Assembly (NCBI GenBank): GCA_964016885.1
Contig: CAXHJY010000282.1
Span: 1-42,876, forward strand
Source: Eledone cirrhosa
Lineage: Eukaryota
Length of the DNA: 42,876 nucleotides
Direction of reading: 5' to 3'
Shown piece by piece: positions 27,471 to 42,876 of this stretch (position 1 is the first letter of the stretch; every line of letters starts with the position of its first letter). The position numbers and the translations under genes are program-made. The notes beneath the pieces were generated by a model. That model saw only the letters and a list, made by a program, of their open reading frames with translations, ran no database searches and was not told the origin of the DNA.

Positions 27471-27557
27471 GTTCAATCACCTGGCAGGAAGGTATACGTT
27501 GCTGTCGATAGCTAATAAGCTTGAAATTAGTACAGTGTTCCTTTTTCAGTGTTGAAC
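27471..27557 (+). ncRNA. Paralogue of the 16832 hammerhead with a core A6>U change (CTGTCGA)
   Basis: Helix I ACGTTG/CAGTGT and helix II AGCT/AGCT keep pairing despite substitutions; GAAATTAGTA. Confidence 0.7.
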
Positions 27558-27815
27558 AAAAGAGCAACGATGGTTGCTAGACACTGTACGGCTTAATTCG
27601 GGATGTTTGTTTACAAACACACCGAGCATTATAATAAATATTCGGTAAATCCATACGTACATATATATATGTGTGCATGTATGTATATATGTATACATGT
27701 ATACATACTACTGTACGTCTGTATACATATATGTATGTACGTATACATACTTATATATATATATATATAAGTAGTAACACAACAGATAGTTCACCATCTC
27801 TCTTTCTCTCTCCCT

Positions 27816-27916
<101 letters not shown>

Positions 27917-28100
27917 TCTCTGTGTGTATATCTATGCAATCAAACGCCTAAGAAATATTCAGTAATAACAGCCGTTTACTTTGAAGAATATTATGGAGAA
28001 ATGTTAGACACGAGGACAAGATTGCTACGTTCCTATATTGCTATTTGAGACGTTTAATCGAAAATATGTCATTTGTATAAGAACACACATATGCTTATAT

Positions 28101-28201
<101 letters not shown>

Positions 28202-28281
28202 ACACCTCTCTCATTCTGTGTATGTCCGAGGACATTATTTTACAAGTTATTAGTGTTATACATGTTGTGGTTCTGTGTGTG

Positions 28282-28344
<63 letters not shown>

Positions 28345-28404
28345 GAGAGAGAGGGGGAGAGAGAGAGGGGGGATGAGTATATATACTATTGGTAGTCTTT
28401 AGAA

Positions 28405-28530
28405 TGTCGGCTAGAATGTTTTGCGGTATTCGTTTCGGCCTTTTGTTCAAATCCCGCCGAGGTCAACTTTACCTTTCAACCATTCGGGGTCGATAAAAAA
28501 AGTACCAGTCCAGTACTGGGGTCGATTGTT
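28405..28530 (+). mobile_element. Partial family A SINE
   Basis: GTTCAAATCCCGCCGAGGTCAACTTT...GGGGTCGATAAAA...AGTACCAGT. Confidence 0.8.
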
Positions 28531-28699
28531 TCTCTATATCTCTTTCTCTCTTCCATTCTCTCACTCTTTATCCTTCTCTAGAAGAAGTCTGCTGCTCAGA
28601 CGTGGGGAGGTGATGGGGTTCGCCAGGTTTAATAATGCCTTAGAAACACCTTATATCAATACGGTATCTCTACGACTTCCTCAAGAATTACGGAACCTT

Positions 28700-28784
<85 letters not shown>

Positions 28785-29003
28785 ATAAGAACCCTTTCAA
28801 CATGCAGACACAACACCTGAATATTTCTACAAAGAACATACCCGTACCTAGCAGGAAGACATATTTATCGTCTTCCTGTCTTCCTTCGGCTGCAACGTTT
28901 TTCGAAATATTTACTTCTGCGTTCACAGATTGATTTCTTTAGTTTCAGAAGATACCGTTAAGGGTGAAACAGCGATTCTTTGCTTAAACTTTAATCTGTT
29001 ATA

Positions 29004-29054
<51 letters not shown>

Positions 29055-29066
29055 TATACAAAACAC

Positions 29067-29127
29067 ATGGCACAGGGGCAGTTTCCCGAAGCAAGCTGAT
29101 GATATTGATCCTTCGTTCGTCAGCCAT
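29067..29127 (-). ncRNA. Decayed hammerhead (cleavage triplet GUG)
   Basis: Minus strand ATGG-CTGACGA-ACGAAG...CTTCGG-GAAA-CTGCCCCTG-TG-CCAT. Confidence 0.5.
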
Positions 29128-29200
29128 TGGAAAATGTGTCACCACCGAGGATAATTCTGTGTAATATTCTTCAAAGTATATTGGAAGTATTTATATACAC

Positions 29201-29260
<60 letters not shown>

Positions 29261-30271
29261 CGGAGGAAATGTGGTAAGGAACCAGGTGGACCATAACGCA
29301 CCAAAGTACTCAATACTTAGGGTAGTAGAGTGGGTAATAGGAACGACTAGACACCGACGGCTGAGCTCAAGCCGTTTCGACGGCTAATTCTGGACTAAAT
29401 GAACATTTTTATCCTGGTATTTGAATAGCCGAGCTTCTCAAGGGGTAATTCCATATATGGTAAAAGTGGTTGTCACAAGGATTGGTCAAACGTTTGTTGT
29501 TGAGACATAATAATTCTATGATGGCAATTTGTGGAGGGAAGGGGTAGCTGAACCTGCCAGTAGGAGAAAGAGGGAGAGGGGGTGGAGGAGACCCATTCAT
29601 GCGTTGATAGTGCCGACTACAGCTGGGCATGAGGTCAAAGAAGATACTAGGGAGGGGGAGGAAGTCGAAACAATAAGTAGAACAGTATAGGGAAAAAATA
29701 TAGAAAAATACCGAGAGTGTTAAAAAGCAATTAAATGTAAAAAAAAACAAAACAATTTCTGGTTACTACAACCTAAGTCTCTCACTGGTACTGCTAGGCT
29801 AAAGGAAGGTATACTAGGTGGGGCGGAATTACAATGAGACCCTTTTAAGAGGTATATGTAATAAACCGAGTATATCTTACGGTGACAGGTCAACAAGTAA
29901 GGGGCCAAAATACTAAAGAAACTACCACGAAATAATAAATAAAGGTTTCTACCCCAGGCACAAGGCCAGCAACCACCCAGTGCAAAAAAGTAAACTAATA
30001 CGAAATAATAATTCAGAGTCCCGAAAAAGAATACTACTACTATCTCTAAGGGTGCCGCCACGATACAAAAGTTCTAGTGCAAGCTACATAAAAGCTCGTA
30101 CGAAATATATGTAAAATTTGATACGGAAAATTAATTCAGAATCCCCGCCTCTCCCCTAAAAAAGAAAAATACTGATATACGAGAAATTAAAGCAAAGATA
30201 CCACTAAGAAATATAGAAAGCACGGAAAAGGACCAGCGGTCGGATAAGAGGGCGTCAGGGTCCTACTCGTT

Positions 30272-30326
<55 letters not shown>

Positions 30327-30328
<2 letters not shown>

Positions 30329-30484
30329 AAGGCGGGTAAAATTCCCGAGATCCATGGACGAGTTCTCTCCAGCGGTCTCTGTCCCTCATTATCGCTGCCA
30401 TATCCTGCATCTCCAACAGACCAGTGTCTGTCCTTAGGGCATCAACATATGTTAACCTTGGTCTTCCTCTTCTAGTGTGTCCAT
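30327..30484 (-). mobile_element. 158 bp 3'-terminal copy of the RTE element at 35768-39055, in (TA)n
   Basis: Near-identical reverse complement of 38899-39055. Confidence 0.93.
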
Positions 30485-30489
30485 ATATA

Positions 30490-31184
30490 TAAAAGTATCT
30501 GTTCCTACATGTAAATAATACACATAGGGATACAAGTATAGTCCGACCGTATGCAAGTGGTTCAATGACAAGTTAATAAATTAACAAGCCAGAACATATA
30601 AAATCAAGGGAAAGCAAATAAAGAAAATTTTTTTTAAAGTTTCATCATTCATTTTCCCCAACAAATGAATGATGAAACTTTAAAATGTTTTTATTTATTT
30701 GCTTTCCCTTGATTTTATATGTTATGGCTTGTTAATTTATTAACTTGCCATTGAACCACACTTGCATACGGTCCGACTATACTTGTATCGCTGTGTGCAT
30801 TATTTACATGTAGGAACACATACTTTTATTATTATTCTCCCCAACGGTAGAGAAACCTTTTGTCATTTGAACGGCTGCTATTTTTAGTAGCGAGAGATTG
30901 ACCTGTCGACCTTGCTTTCAGTCTTTGCACACGGTACTAGACAAAATTGTTTCATCATTCATTTGTTGGGGCAGTTTTGTATGGCGCCGGTTTGTATTTT
31001 GAACTCGGGAATTTTATATTCTCCGAGAGAGAAAGCCTTCTGACGATGATCTCTCTTTCAATGGAAACCCGCCTGGATTATCTATTTGTTTTGGGATCTG
31101 AAACCGCGGTAAAGGCACATATAATAAGTACAGTGAATCTTTTGAAATTTACTTAACATTTTTTTCTTTATTTGCTTTCCCTTG

Positions 31185-31190
<6 letters not shown>
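30490..31190. mobile_element. Fold-back (arms ~165 bp, 30490-30828) plus a partial direct repeat and a hammerhead; PLE terminal-repeat-like remnant
   Basis: Arms meet at the loop TCCCCAAC (30655-62); TTTATTTGCTTTCCCTTGATTTTATAT recurs at ~30694 and ~31167; GTTTCATCATTCATTT recurs at ~30949. Confidence 0.8.
31035..31116 (+). ncRNA. Type I hammerhead ribozyme (PLE-type), intact core
   Basis: GCCTT(31035-39)/AAGGC(31112-16); CTGACGA 31040-46; GATCTC/GGGATC on a T.T base; GAAA 31100-03; palindromic ACCGCGGT; GUA after 31111. Confidence 0.88.
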
Positions 31191-31241
<51 letters not shown>

Positions 31242-31247
<6 letters not shown>

Positions 31248-31455
31248 CAGATTAAAGTTTAAGCAAAGAATCGCTGCTTTCAGCCTTAACGGGATCATGA
31301 GAAGATCCCGTAAGGGTGAAAGCAGCGAGTCTTTGCTTAAACTTTAATCTGTTATTTTAATAAATATTTGCTCTATGGTTTTATTTATTTTGATATATAT
31401 ATTTTATCCCGATCGAGCTTTCTTTAGATTTTAGTCTTCACATTTATTATTATTG

Positions 31456-31456
<1 letters not shown>
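31242..31456. mobile_element. (TA)n-embedded fold-back element (hairpin 31242-31357) with a decayed hammerhead-like centre; relatives at 16451 and 28925-29003
   Basis: Arms of about 55 bp closing on GGGATC-ATGAGAA-GATCCC. Confidence 0.85.
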
Positions 31457-31525
<69 letters not shown>

Positions 31526-32366
31526 GTCTATATACCAGTCAATGCGGATGACATGACCCGGGACAACCAGGCAACCGCCCTAACCTTTTGGAAACTGAAT
31601 AACGAAACATACCAGATTAAATAGACTCTCATCAAGTTTTCTCTCTCCTTCACCGGTTACAATTCAGTCTTATCATTTCTGTCACATAGACAATGTTTTT
31701 GACTGGAAACATGATACTGAGAGGAGTAACACTAGTTTAGCAATTATAAGCAATGTTTAGAAAACTTTTGAATATTCAAAGAAAGTAGAGATAATTGTGT
31801 TTATAGTACAAAGAAACAAATAAGTATAATATGGAAAGTGATATATGTAAGAAGACTTAACACTGTGACGGTAAGATGAAGGCAACGAAAACTTTAGTTA
31901 TCTGGTAATCTTCCTATTTTTTTTATTGTTTCTTTCGTCCTAATATTTCAGTACTTAAAATCCCTTTGTCAGAGTAAAAGGAACTTTCAGAGAAAACGTT
32001 CCGGTCTCTTCTCTTTGAAATTAGATTTTAAATAAGTGATTATACTCACTGATTATCATATATTTCAATCCGCCTTGACCTAAATTGAATGTTTCGCCTA
32101 CAATTTCTTATTTCTTACACTGCCATACCTTCATGATACAATATCTTTAACTAGTTCTCAGTCATCATGTTGATGTTGTTTTTCATTTGTCATTTAGTTA
32201 TCTAGGAATGACTGTATCAAATAACTATAGTCAGCGGTCGATATTCCTCAATTGGGAGAGTTAGCTATATTTCCTTCCTAGAGGGATTATTTGCATATCT
32301 TATATTACTTTACTACAGAGAAAAAATTATGTCAGCATGGCGTTATTTGCACCCCCCCCCCCACCG

Positions 32367-32409
<43 letters not shown>

Positions 32410-32489
32410 GGTGAGTAATATTGTAGAACAATAAAACTATGCACATATCAGAAAGTAGCACTCAACAGTTGGTAGAACTGGAGTATATA

Positions 32490-32697
32490 TAATAAGAAGA
32501 AATTAAAAGATAGTTAAAAGAGTTCTATATATTTTATTATGCGCATTTCGAATAAAAATCATCCTGGGACAAAAATTGTTACCTTATTTTATCTGATGAG
32601 AACACAATTTCTGTCCCAGGAGGATTTTTGTATTCGAAATGCGCATAATAAAATATATGGAACTCTTTTAATCATCTTTTAATTTCTTCTTTATTAT
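32490..32697. mobile_element. Fold-back element: a complete hammerhead-bearing arm plus an inverted truncated copy
   Basis: The left arm 32490-32579 is the reverse complement of about 32604-32697 and stops before the CTGATGA core. Confidence 0.85.
32585..32655 (+). ncRNA. Type I hammerhead ribozyme (PLE-type), intact core
   Basis: TATTTTAT(32585-92)/ATAAAATA(32648-55); CTGATGA 32593-99; GAACACAA/TTGTATTC; GAAA 32636-39; palindromic ATGCGCAT; AUA after 32647. Confidence 0.88.
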
Positions 32698-32898
32698 TAT
32701 AAATATATATATATATTATATATATACAGTATTTTCCGTTGTGTTGTTATGTAACTGTTATAGAAACACGTGTCAATAAATTCCTTTCAACTAAACTGTA
32801 TCCATTCAAATCTTTCTATATTATATATATATATATATATATAAGAGCCCACTTGCATAAGAATCTATTGATCTTACACAATTTTCTACATAACTTGG

Positions 32899-32912
32899 TA
32901 TAATATATATAT

Positions 32913-32983
<71 letters not shown>

Positions 32984-33040
32984 TATATATATATTATATA
33001 TATATATATATATTATATATATATATATTATATATATATA

Positions 33041-33083
<43 letters not shown>

Positions 33084-33112
33084 CTTATATATATATATAT
33101 ATTATATATATA

Positions 33113-33157
<45 letters not shown>

Positions 33158-33158
33158 A

Positions 33159-33244
<86 letters not shown>

Positions 33245-33317
33245 ATATATATTATATATATATATATATAAATATATTATATATATATATATATATTATA
33301 TATATATATCTTATATA

Positions 33318-33376
<59 letters not shown>

Positions 33377-33563
33377 TAATATATATATATATATATATAT
33401 ATCTTATATATATATATATATATTATATATATATATATATATATATCTTATATATATATATATATCTTATATATATATATTATATATATATTATATATAT
33501 ATATCTTATATATATATATATATCTTATATATATATATATATATCTTATATATATATATTATA

Positions 33564-33660
<97 letters not shown>

Positions 33661-33692
33661 ATATTATATATATATATTATATATATATATAT

Positions 33693-33726
<34 letters not shown>

Positions 33727-33938
33727 ATATTATATATATATATATTATATATATATATTATATATATATATTATATATATATATATTATATATATATATA
33801 TTATATATATATATATATATTATATATATATATTATATATATATATTATATATATATATTATATATATATATTATATATATATATATATAATATATTATA
33901 TATATATATAATATATTATATATATATATAATATATTA
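32899..33938. repeat. (TA)n array with periodic TT/TCT interruptions
   Basis: Directly visible. Confidence 0.95.
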
Positions 33939-34832
33939 TCTATATATATAAAACTGTGGTTGTCTGTCTGTCTATCGATTTTTGGCACACATCTCCTCTT
34001 AGAATCTCTCACGGAATTGCACCGAAATTGCTATACTTGTACATTGAGCCCTAGCAAAGACATCGGAAAAAAAAAATTTCAAATTGACCCACCCTATGTG
34101 ACGAAATCGAATATAATGTATCGATTTTTGAGCGTAAGTGATCAGTTATTTCCCTTTGTTCTGTTTACATTGAGCGTCTGCGTGCAAAAATTAAAAAAAT
34201 TACGCTGGCTTTCTCAGCGTTTAAAATGACATTAACACAATACACGATTTAAAGACTACGTAAAACAAGCCTTTTAAAACAATATTTTTACTTGAAAACA
34301 AGTCTATTTAAAAACTACTTAAAACAAGCAAATATTTCGTAAAAAAAAAGCAAAAATTATATAAGTTTATATAAAATATATGTATCTGTAAATTTCGTTA
34401 GGCGTGCAGACAGACAGTCGTGCAGAGAGGTGATATAGGCGTGCAGACAGACAGTCGTGCAGAGAGGTGATATAGGCGTGCAGACAGACAGTCGTGCAGA
34501 GAGGTGATATAGGCGTGCAGACAGACATAACTGATAATTTGGTTACGCTAATGTTTTTCTCTGCGTTGCAGTGTTTACATTTTCGATCTTTGTTAATAAA
34601 TAACCAGTGCAGTTTCTATCCCCAGCATCCTCTTTTGTTATAACATTCGGGTTATCGTTATGTTTTCTTAACTTCATAAGGCATATTGTTGGTTGAGGGA
34701 ATATTAATCAAAAACACCACATGCAAGTCTGCACAGTAGACACTACAGTTTTTAAGCCAAGAAAGAAACTTAACATTGTAACTTTAACACGGCTACTGAG
34801 CGACCCCAAGCAACGCCGGGCTTTACTGCTAG
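33939..34832 (+). mobile_element. Non-autonomous Helitron-like element with an internal 37 bp minisatellite (34399-34527)
   Basis: A|TC start, CTAG|T end, subterminal CCCCAAGCAACGCCGGG, no TSD or TIR; 3.5 copies of TAGGCGTGCAGACAGACAGTCGTGCAGAGAGGTGATA. Confidence 0.8.
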
Positions 34833-35767
<935 letters not shown>

Positions 35768-38259
35768 ATTTTGTTTTAGTCTCATTCATTCTCAGCCCCA
35801 CACTCATCGACACAGTCTCAACCTCCCGCATCAAATCCTCTGCCTCCTTCACTGTATTTGTCACCAAAACTATGTCGTCGGCAAATTCAGCATCCGATAC
35901 CTTTTTCGCCCCAACTCTCCTGCTCTGAGCCGGTGCTACAGTAAAGCCAGAGTCCTGGTGTTTCTCCAGTGCAAGGCGCATACAATAGTCCACTACGCTG
36001 ATAAAAAGGTAGGGAGCCAATGTATCTCCCTGGAGCACTCCAGCCAGTATCTCAAAGAACTCTGTCATCCCATCAGGTGTAATGACTTGGGCTTTGGTGT
36101 TGGTGTAGAGCAGTGATATCAGGTCCACTATCCTCTTGGGGATTCCATAAGCCTGTAAGATCTTCATCAGGCAGTAACGGTCCACAGAATCAAAGGCCTT
36201 CCTAAAGTCAATGAAAACCATGACCGCAGGAAGGCACTTTGCTCTAGCTCCCTCTAATATCCTCCTCAGCATCAGGATGTGACTGGTGGTTGATCTACCC
36301 TCTCTGAAGCCGTTCTGGTTGTCCCTGAGCTTCTTCTCCATCTCAGGCTGGATCCTGTTAAGAATCATCCTGTTGAGGGTCTTTGCACAAGTGACGTCAG
36401 TGAGATCCCCCGGTAGTTGTTGGTGTTAGAGAGATCTCCCTTCTTTGGCACTGGGACGATGTTACTGATCCTCCACTGATTCGGGGCAACTCCTTTCTCC
36501 AGTGCCCCATTACAGAACCCCAGGATGATATCATCAAAATCACACCTCTTCATCACCTCTGATGCCACTTCATCTTCTCCATGAGCCTTGTCCTCCTTGA
36601 TCTTCTTCTTGGCTCTCTGAAGCTCCTCTCTGGTGAAGGGCTCTGTCTCAACATCCAGTTCCTCAAACAGCCGCCTGATCTCCCCAGTGCTCTGGGCTGT
36701 GTAGGGTGGCTCTCCTAGTAGGGTCCTAAAATGGTCTAGCCATTTCCTCTTCCTATCCTCGGGCCCCGTTCCCTGGATCTGACTCGAACACCTTTTCTTC
36801 CTCCTTGTGATCTCGTTGATGATCATCCAGCTCTCCTTACATCCAGATCTGTCAACCGCTCTCTCCACACTTCTGATCTTCTCTATCAGTGCCTCCTCTC
36901 TGACCTCAGTGTAAGCGGTACAGAACTCTTCCCTCATCACCTCCACAGTCTCCATCCTCTCCTCCGTAGGATCAGCATAGAATTGGTCCCTGGCAGCTTA
37001 CAGGTGTTCTCTGGCTGCACACACTTTTGGGTTTGCAGAGCTGACGTGCTTCCCTTTGTTCTTTTTCCTCGGCACCAGGGTTTCACTTGCTTTCGCCACT
37101 GCATTGGTGAAGTACCCGTACCTCCTCGTCACACTCTCCTCAGTCCATCCAATCTCTCTCTCCTCTGACTCTCCACACAGAGCACTAAACCTGTTTCTCA
37201 CTTCCACTGTGAACCTCTCCTGTAGCTTATCATCTTCCTTGAAAACTCCCCAGTCATAGATTGTTCTCCGGGGCTGAGCCTTGCTCTTTCTTAAGCTCAC
37301 GCGGACCTCACTCATAACAAGCCGGTGGTCACTACCCAGTGTACTGAAATAGCTGTATGGTTCCGTGTTCAGAACACTATTCCGCCACTTTTTCCTCACC
37401 AGAATGAAATCAATCTGGGACTTGGACAGGTGCATATCTGAGATGTAGGTGCACATCTTCCCCAGATTCTTCCTAAACCTTAGGTTGGTCGCCATCAAGT
37501 TCGCCTCCAGCAGGGTGTCTCTCAGTAGTCTTCCATTTCGGTTGGTGTTGTTATGGAAGTACCAGCAAAGATCTTCACTGCCCTCCTTACTCAGATGTGC
37601 ATTGAAGTCCCCCAAAACAAGCAGGATATTGTGTGCCTGAGTGGTGTTGACAGCTCTACACACCTCCTCATGGAACTCCTCCGCATTCACATCACTGTCC
37701 CCCTCGGTTGGACTATAGGCTGAGATGACTGTCAGTCTTGGATTCCATTGAAGGTCACCCTCAACACTCGCGGGGAGATAGGCATTATTTCCCTCACCAA
37801 CAGATTGGTTTTTGCACTGAACACAAAACCCAATCCTCCCACTGCAGCATTTGTTGTGTTCTTCACTGCCGATGTAGTGATGAGCTGGCTCTACCTCCCG
37901 ATTATCACAATCCTCACGGGCTCATCGTGTAGAATCCTGTGTTCTTGGATCGCAAGTATATGTATACCACTCTCCTCGAACAGATGTCCCAACTCCTCTC
38001 TCTTCTCCAGCGTTCGAATAGTCCTCACATTCAAAGTGCCCATTTTGATGGCTCTTCTGCAGGACAAAACTGCATTCTTTATATTTGTCTCAGAGACAGC
38101 TGATCCATCATCCACTGGCCCTCTCTGTGGCTCTAAGCCAGCAGAGTCATAACGACCAGGATGCTCCTTGACAGTGTAATTAGGGGCTCTAACCCTAGTG
38201 CTGTTAGATCGACTCTCCATATTTCTTTTCAATGGCTGACAATACCTTACCGGCGCCAA
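35768..38259 (-). pseudogene. RTE ORF, N-terminal part: AP endonuclease + reverse transcriptase, disrupted
   Basis: APE motifs TLNVRT, AIQEH, AYSPT, LGDFNA, QIDFIL, SDH; RT motifs YRGISL, QNGFR, FIDFRKAFDSV, GVLQGDTLAPYLF, FADD; in-frame stop at 37891-93 and frameshifts near 37745, 37000 and 36385. Confidence 0.92.
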
Positions 38260-38431
38260 TCGAATAAGGTAGTTATTTAACCCATAAATGGAGCCCTAAC
38301 AGGTACTACCACCCCGGGCCAGGGCAGACCTGGAAGTCATGACAACTAAGGGGTAACTCCACATTCCCCACATCTCCTGAACTCCCGAACTGGAGCCTTG
38401 CCACTGGATGTAGTTTAATGTCATACCCAGG

Positions 38432-39055
38432 ACAAAATATCTGGTAGAGAATGTTGAGAAGCCAGAGGGGATCACTAATGTAGGCGGGAAACCGCTGGAA
38501 TTGGTTGAGGACTTCCTGTATTTGGGAGCAAAGATTGGGAATACGGAGGATGATGTGGTTGAGAGGAAGAGCAAGGCCTCGGCTGCGTGCCACAGCTTGA
38601 GATCGGTGTGGAAGTCGGACCTTCGTAGAGACCTGAAGATCCGCCTCTTCATTGCTGTAGTGGAGTCTGTGCTGCTGTATGGGTCTGAGACTTGGACACT
38701 GACCAAGAAACTCACTCAGATGGTGGATGGGTGCTACACGAGAATGCTGAGGATGGGTCTGAACATTAATCAGTATACACTGAGGATTTAAAACTCAGAG
38801 CTGTATGGGAGCATCCCAAAAGTCAGCTCAAAAGTGGCTGGACATGCTACCGACATCCAGAGTTGACATTGCACTCAGTGCTCCTTTGGAGCCTCTACAT
38901 GGACACACTAGAAGAGGAAGACCAAGGTTAACATATGTTGATGCCCTAAGGACAGACACTGGTCTGTTGGAGATGCAGGATATGGCAGCGATAATGAGGC
39001 ACAGAGACCGCTGGAGAGAACTCGTCCATGGATCTCGGGATTTTACCCGCCTTAG
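38432..39055 (+). pseudogene. RTE ORF, C-terminal part
   Basis: TKYL...VEDFLYLG...VESVLLYGSETWTL...DGCYTRMLR...RRGRPRLTYVD...DRDRWR; stop at 38789-91. Confidence 0.9.

Positions 39056-42876
<3,821 letters not shown>

Larger units (their letters stand above)
35768..39055. mobile_element. Nearly full-length RTE-clade LINE with its 5' 2.66 kb inverted
   Basis: Minus 38434-35768 holds the 5' UTR, APE endonuclease and most of the RT; plus 38432-39055 holds the continuation to the 3' end; both flanks are (TA)n. Confidence 0.92.

Overview
AT-rich, microsatellite-dominated animal genomic DNA. The SINE, RTE and (TA)n landscape suggests a cephalopod (Octopus-like) genome, which is an inference. The one convincing host gene is a minus-strand neuropeptide precursor. 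Its coding exon is 10394-11146 (250 aa), with a signal peptide and four W-x5-W-amide peptides of the PTSP/MIP/allatostatin-B (Wamide) type. A candidate TATA+Inr promoter lies about 12.8 kb upstream at 23946/23916. The rest is mobile DNA and simple repeats: a Chapaev3-type DNA transposon with TIRs and a TAA TSD, a nearly full-length RTE LINE with a twin-priming-type 5' inversion inside (TA)n, CRE, RTE and CR1-group LINE fragments, Helitron-like elements and many tRNA-SINEs. The most striking non-obvious signal is a dense set of type I hammerhead ribozyme motifs in short cassettes that abut (TA)n tracts and often form fold-back hairpins. There are 4 loci with a canonical core, one U3-A8 core variant present on both strands, and several decayed or half motifs. 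Most have the tiny palindromic helix III typical of Penelope-like element (PLE) terminal repeats. All long I/Y/H/T-rich or poly-M/H/D ORFs are microsatellite artefacts.
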